A DNA stretch of 64,000 nt from Antechinus flavipes. Taxonomy: Eukaryota. A program made the translations under genes and the position numbers. How positions within the stretch are numbered: position 1 is the first letter of the stretch; each line of letters starts with the position of its first letter. Below are positions 57,181 through 64,000 of this stretch, one piece after another. Below the pieces are notes generated by a model. It saw only the letters and a program-made list of their open reading frames with translations. It had not been told where the DNA came from and ran no database searches. The stretch is taken from assembly GCF_016432865.1 (NCBI RefSeq), contig NC_067403.1, forward strand, positions 257,858,001 to 257,922,000, in the 5' to 3' direction.

Positions 57181-60100
57181 GTCTACTACCTTAGAACTCG
57201 ACTCCAAACGTCCCACAAGGAAACCTCTCCCCTCCAGCTAGATTCTGCTTTTAGAAGGCACGGCCCGGGCAGCTTCCACGGCGCCAGGCTCTGGCGTCGG
57301 GCACCCCTGTAGGGGATGGGAGGCAGGGGAAGGTGCTAGGGGAGCTAGGGCAACGCTTCCAAGTCAGGCCAAGCAGCTGGGCGAGTGCTCGGGACCCTCG
57401 AGTCGAGTGACCTCGAGCCTCTGCCCAAGAGCACCTGGGGGGTGCACCCTGCTCCATGCCCCTCCCTCCAGGGCCACCCCCTCCCCCTCCAGAAAAGCTA
57501 AGCCAAGAGCTCTCGGCCTCTCTGCCTCCAAGGTGTTGTAACGGGATTTGACCTGCGTACAAATTCTAAACAGAGCTACGGTCATTACCTCACTGTTATA
57601 ACAAGAGCTGTATCTTCTCGGGGGTGACACAGTTAAAGGGTTACTCTGCCAATGGAAGAAGCCCCTTTGCCTTACCTAATGGTGCTCCTGCAAGAAAGTT
57701 ATTCCATCCAAAGTTACAAATTGCTTCGTTTTCTCCAGGCCTGAAGGCCCACAAAGGCCCCACCACTGCTCTGTGAAGGCCACATCCCTTTGACGGTCAG
57801 CTCCTTTCCAAAGGAATCTGCCGTCCTCCCTTCTCTCCCTCCTCCTCCCCCCGCCACCGAATGGGAGATGGTCTGAAAGAGCAGCACCACCAGGAAGGCA
57901 GCCCGGGTCTGGTCTGTTTCCTCAGTACAGAAGACGAGGCTTCTCTACGTCACGTGGGGGGAAGTGGGCCGGGTCCTGAGCCGAGGACAGACAGCGGGAA
58001 ATCTGCTCTGGCGAGGACGGAGAGACCCCCACCAGTTCTCTCTCTCTCTTTAATAAACAAGAGCTGAAGAACCGGGGGATCCTTGAAATTCTACTCATGG
58101 GACACAACTGACTTTCCAAGATGGGTAAGCATTTGACCAACAAGCCTTGGCTTTGTTGTTAAAACTATCTTTCATGGCAGCGCCCAGTCCAGAAAAAATG
58201 GCAAGCTTATTTATTCCCAAAGGAATCCATCTGAGCATTTGTGGGAAAGTAGCTGTAGTGTCAAAAAAAGCTCATCAATAAATGCGAATGGCTATGGAAA
58301 TAAAACGTTAAGAAGCATAATGGTGGCTGGAGCTGGTTTATGTCGCTATTCTGTCCATGCAAAGCTAAACAGAAGGGGCGCACAGAAGCTGGGGCTGCCA
58401 GTCCACAGCCAACTCCTAGGAGACGGGACTACAGGGAACTCAGCAGGCAGCTAACTTCCTCATTTCCCAGAAGAGGAAACTGAGAGCTGGGAAAGTCAAG
58501 GTCATGCATGTCCAAGGGTCAGCCTGAGTTCCAGGACCAAATAAATGAGTTTCCTTGGCAGCGGCCGAAGCAGGAGAATGGTGCTTGGTTACTAAAGGAA
58601 CCGAGAAGAAAAGGCTCAAGGGTTCTGGGCGTGGCAAGTCGCCCTTATTTCTTAAGATGAAAATCTTCCAAATGTCTAATAATCGCCCTGTTCGGTTATC
58701 ACCGAATTCTGGCCAGGGAACTCCATTGAACTTGAGTAGCTGTGCCCCTGCTTCCCAAGACTCCTCTGATAACGTCCCAGTGAATTTTAAAGCACCAAAA
58801 GAAAGTTTCCTTTGGTGAAAGCACCAGAGGAATTGGTACGAGGAGCAGTGACAAGGGAAAAACCAGCCTACTGATTTCCAGCCCTTGTCTGGGATGCCCC
58901 AGAATGTCTCCAATTAAGAAAATTAATTTCAAATTCATTTTTCTTCCTCCCAAACCCAATGACATTGAAAATGTCACGTCCTAAGTAAGAGCCTGGGGGG
59001 AGGGGGAGGGCCTTTATGGGGTCTGGGCTGATGTTAAATCTTGGAAGTTGGAGCTCAGAGCGTCAAGTCCCTAACTTGGATTTACAGGGACGGACGGGGC
59101 TGACTACATTTTGGAATTGTGTGGGAGGAGGGAAGCCTCCAAGCCTCCACTACTTCACCTGATCCTGAGAAGTGAGGACCCCACTGGGGACTAGGAGATT
59201 AAACACCCTTCTTTACTGAGGAAACAGAAACCACGTGTCTGGTTCGCCTCGGCCCAAGGACCAGGCATCCCCCGTCTGGATTGGCAGCTGCTTTCGAGCT
59301 CTGCAAACCCAGCCCAGACTTATGTAGCTGGTGCTACTTAAACAAGCATTACAACTTTCTTTTTAAAAAAGCATTTCTTGAAACCAAGAACTAAAAGAAA
59401 GAAATTAGAGCTGTAGAGAATGCTCCCACTTCAGAGGTCTCATATACTATACCGTGAATCGTGTCTGTCACCTGGAAACCAGAGTGCTCTAGGCACGATC
59501 GCATGGGCAAGCCTGCAGCAGAGAACACATGCACATACAGCTCAAGTGGTACATTACCCCCCCAACCCCTTCGCGCCACCCAGCACAGCCACGTCCCCAT
59601 CCGAGGTGCTCGGCCAGGCACCAGGCATCTGTGTTTGCATCATGCGACAAACCCCCCAACATTTAGGACCAGCAACACAAAGAGACTGACTGTCGAGATT
59701 AGACAATGGTCGGGAGCTCCTGGAGCCGCCCGAAGGAGGCACCAAAGCAGGTATGGGAGGACTCTGGGCAGCGACCTGGCCACCATCCGGGGGCACTGAC
59801 ACATGGTGGGCACATACAGCACTAGGAACTCTTGTTTTTAGAGGAGAGTTGGCTTGGGCTGAGATGATCAAAGCAGCTGCGGCCTGACTCTCATCCAAGT
59901 GGAGGGGCACTGGGCTGCCTGGTCGATTCGGTTTGCTTTTTTTTTTTTTTTTTTTTTTTTGGGCAACTGAACAAAAGTAAATGTAACTGAGGCAGTGATC
60001 CTATTAGCAATGAAAACAAATTGAATTTAGTTATTTCTAGTTAATGGTGACATGTTGTTATAGAATGTTCATCACTCAAAGGAAACCAATTTTTGTGGAC

Positions 60101-63100
60101 TCAAGGAAATGAACAAACCAAATTAACTTTCTGAGAAGTAGTGTCTAGAACAACAATCTATTAACAGGAGTGCTCACAAAGTGGGATGAGACCGATAGTT
60201 TTTAAAAATTTGTGAGATCCCAAACTAAAGAGCTCTAGTTTTACAAGGGAGGAAAATAATAGGAGTCACTTTGCTTCAGAGGACATACTGCTTTACAGTT
60301 AATGGTTCATAGGCTACTACAAGCAAATATTTATCTTCAATTAGAAAGGAGGGAGGAAGGGAAGGAAATTGGTTTCCTGGGAAACCAGCTGGACGGTAAA
60401 AAGAAAAAAAAAAATGTCGCCTCCCAAGTATCTTTTTTTGAATAATTAAAGCATATCTGCCTTGGGCCTTGAACCTTTAAACTTCATTACAGTTAGTACT
60501 CAAACAAGCACTAATATTAGCATTCTACTGTTAAAAAATAAAAAACCCGACTCAAACCCACAATTCAGAGGCCCTTGATGTGTACGGATACAGACATTCA
60601 TGCCAGGGGGATTGCCCATAATGGCGAGGCCAAATCTTCCCATTCATGCACAGGAATCGCTTTAAACAGAGAATCCAAATTCTGCCTGAGGAAGGTACAA
60701 AGTGTTCCTCTGAGGCAAACGCAATCAATCGACAGAGCTGCCGCCGAATGAGCGAGACAGATGGTCTGTGCCTTCCAAAATTGGTGATGGACGGTTGGTC
60801 AACTTGCCAAATTGGCTGCTCCTCATCCTTCCCGAGAGCAGAAAGGAGAGATTCAAGCGGGCGAGCACAGGGAGTCACAACTTTTACAGGCTCCTTCCAA
60901 ATTCTCTTTGACCAACTAGGTGGTGCCCTTTCTGAATGGCAAATTGTTCTTGCCCTCGGCATTGCTAGGAGTCAGAACACAAACTGCCCTGCTTTACTTA
61001 AGGGAGATTTTGTCCCGCTCCCTCTTCCCAGTTGGTCTCGTTTGTTAAAGCGGGGGCCTTCCTCCTGCATCAACTGTATTAAGAATCATCAGGAGTAAGT
61101 TTGAAATCGTTGCATTTCTAGGCAGTTTTGTGATTAGATTCTAGAACGTATTCAATTAATTTTCTAGGGATGTTCTAAATGTTTCCAAACAAAATAAAAC
61201 GTAATGAACAGTGCATGAATGTCTTGTTGATCTTGTTTATGCTCTTTTTTTTAAAGGAACGACTTTGGCTCTAGCCCACCCCCCTCCATGTGCACATGCC
61301 ACCTAAACGTTCACACAGATCCAGCCCCAAAGAAGTCTCCAGAACAACAGTTAAGAAGGTTACTTAGGTTTTATCTTACGTAGAAATAGTTGCTGAAGAG
61401 ACAGATGTTTGTGGCACAGAAAGTGCACCCGCCCCTCAGGGCAATCTCAAAGTTTTACCTTGACTCTGCTAGTTAACCCTTAGTGTCATTTCATTGCCAC
61501 TATGGAAATAAAGGAGATTAGACATCTCAAAACACCGAGGAGACATGGTGCTCGGCCCCCTCCCCCCACTCGTCAGCCAACCCTCAATCGTACACACACT
61601 TAACCATCAACACTGGGGGAGTCTGGCCGGGGACTGAAGGTTCACCCGCTTAAATGACACAGGGGGGACAAAGGGACTGGCCCGGCATGGGGCAAGACCG
61701 CCTGCCTCACGCCATGGTGTCAGCAGGCCTCTGAGGTGGGGACGCCCTTTAAGGGCTACAATATGGAGTCTGTTCTTTTGTGAAAAACCATTCCAGGAAG
61801 GTATTTATTAAAAATTCTGTAAAACGAGTTCTATTTCCTACTGGTTCTATCACAGAACCGATCATCTGGACAGTGAGGCCGGGCTGAGGGGAAGCGAGGG
61901 GAGACCTCGGGAGAGTGGCAGCCCCTCGGATCCCATCCTCAGCCTGGCCTGCCCCGTCTCCTCATCCGGGGCTTGCCTACAGTGGTTAAGAGAGTCAGTG
62001 TGGATTCTTCTCGGAGCAAATAGCCCACATGGGAAGATGTCAAATTTAAGGTTTCGGGCTCCATAAAATGGAGTCTTAAAAATCCAAATTTTATAGGTTC
62101 AGAATGTCAAACAAATCTGCTTTTAAAAAGTACGATCTTCATAAACTGGAACAAAAGTCTGTCTCTAATGCTTCACTACCTCAAGAAAGGGCCCACAGTG
62201 CCCGTCTCGATCACCAGTGGCCACCCAACGTGTGTGGTTCCAGCCACGCTGGCCTGTCTCACCTGGGTCCTCTGGGAATGCTAAGGAAGTGACCATCAGG
62301 TAAGTAGTGTGTAGCTAAAGCATTTGGGGATATTTAATGGGCAGATTTGATAGTGGCTCTTTTTACTCAAGTAGCTCTGAAGCCCCTCTCATTTTCAGTA
62401 GGTCTTATCAATGAAAGTAGAAAGCCTCCATTTTCTGTTACTTCTGCTGCCCTGGGAGGGGTGAGACCCTTACTCATTCAAGAATGGATGAGGTGTGGGT
62501 TATAGCGAATTCAAATTCAATATAGCAGAAGAACCTGACTCTTGGTAACAGAGTCAGGCCTGCAAATGCTTGGTTTGGGCAGGAATGCTAGGCTACTGTT
62601 CAAGGCTCAGCTGCCAGTAAAATCATTCATGCTTTTTAAAAAAGCACTAAAAATAACTGGGCTAAGACAGAACCCCAAAGTGCCGTAGAACGTTCTGTCT
62701 CTTGCTTCACATTTGCTTGGAGGCCTGAATGCTTCTAATTAAAATTGCCTTAAGAGCTGAAACAGCCTGCTTCTACTCCTGCCGGCCCTCTAGGAGCCCG
62801 TAAACCTTGCCATGGGCCCAGGTGGATGTCCTCAGGAGTTCAGTCGGTTAGTTTTATTTTGTTTCTAAAGGGGATTTTCAGGGGTTAGGAGTGAAGCCGA
62901 GAGACCAGAGTCCCAGCCGTGCTCGCAAGAGCTCACAGGAACCAAAGGCCCTGAGACAGGCTTTGTAAAATGCCACTGTTGAAGGGAAAGGAGAACCTAA
63001 AATGTCCCCAAACAGGACACCATTCCCAGCGTTTTCACACACTGACACAATAAAGGGAAAATTTGCATAATGAAAGGGCCTATTCACATAAGTTTCTCCC

Positions 63101-64000
63101 TTAGCTGTAAGACTTTCTGGATCACAGGGAGCATTTTTCATTCTCAGGCAGAGATGCCAGGACAGCGGTGCCAGTAAGGCTGCTTGGGAGCAGTGACCCT
63201 GGCCCTGGGACAATTCCGACTCTTTTCAGCCCCCAGGAAGAACATGGGGCAAATGGAGAGCCTCCTAACAACCGGTCGAAGCTAAGTCACACACCCCTCT
63301 AAAAGAAGGGCTTTGTACACATTTAGAAACTGTGAGGAGAAAACTGCCAGGTATACAGGCTTCCTTCGGAGTAAAATGCCAATTTTGGTAATTCTGTGAA
63401 TGGACCCTTCCAAAAGCAAGTTAATGGAATCATCAAGTATATTGAGAAACAAAGTTCATATTTACAAAACATTTCTTTTCATGGTCATTAAAATATTAAT
63501 TACATAGCTTAAATATTCTGGCAAACAAATATTGAGGATTTCACATTTTCAAGTTAAAAACATTATAATGAAGGCAGTTCAGCAAATAGTGGGCTTTCAA
63601 ACTACAAATTAAGACTAGATTTTTAGGTAATCTAGATATGCTGGATTATAAATCTGTACCTAATTCAGAGCTCGACTTCAAACCTCTGAGGGGAGATGAA
63701 GCCTGTGTCCTTCCTCTTAACAGTTTTAATGATAAGTACGCTCTAAAACTTGCCAACCATGCCAGGCAAAAGTCCTCCCCTGAAGAGTCTCTTCCAGGCT
63801 GTGGAGGCTCTGAAGAGAACATTCTCCTGGGTTTTAGAAAACAGCTTTGATTTCTGCCCAGCCTGCCCCTACAGCCCTGGTGGACAGTGGGGTCTGGCGG
63901 GACAGGAGGTCCGTGCCAGGGGAACACAAATCAGAACAGGAATAGAATTAGCAAGGGCAGAGCAATACAGGTACCTTCTCACCAGACTCCAAATGACTAC

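Noticed and set aside
60552-61098. Overlapping opposite-strand ORFs of 136 and 150 aa
   Set aside because: No recognisable motif or splice context; consistent with chance in intronic DNA.
55440-64000. CHKA exons 1-2 or KMT5B sequence
   Set aside because: No GGLSNMLF or LLRLYG coding sequence found on the minus strand; this stretch is read as CHKA intron 2.

Overview
Vertebrate genomic DNA, almost certainly marsupial (WSINE1- and MAR1-type SINEs, dasyurid-like L1 3' ends), syntenic with human 11q13.2. Four spliced protein-coding genes were rebuilt exon by exon with consistent GT-AG junctions and phases: ALDH3B1-like (+, 9 coding exons, 469 aa), NDUFS8 (+, 6 coding exons, 213 aa), TCIRG1/ATP6V0A3 (+, 19 coding exons, 834 aa) and the 3' ten exons of CHKA (-; exons 1-2 lie beyond the right edge). 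The left ~47 kb is very GC/CpG-rich and full of intronic minisatellites; the right part is more AT-rich with nested L1s. There are two N gaps. No rRNA, tRNA or CRISPR array is present. Most long ORFs in the supplied track are GC or repeat artefacts. Best leads: (1) an unrecognised five-exon in-frame gene model at 0.7-3.0 kb, near where UNC93B1 would be expected; (2) a CGG-repeat poly-Gly uORF whose spliced stop overlaps the NDUFS8 ATG; (3) two L2-tail-derived minisatellites in inverted orientation around TCIRG1 exons 4-8; (4) loss of the TIRC7 start codon; (5) an ALDH3B3-like lipid-anchor tail; (6) a candidate ALDH3B1-NDUFS8 bridge exon. Motif, repeat-family and orthologue comparisons come from recall and were not computed.
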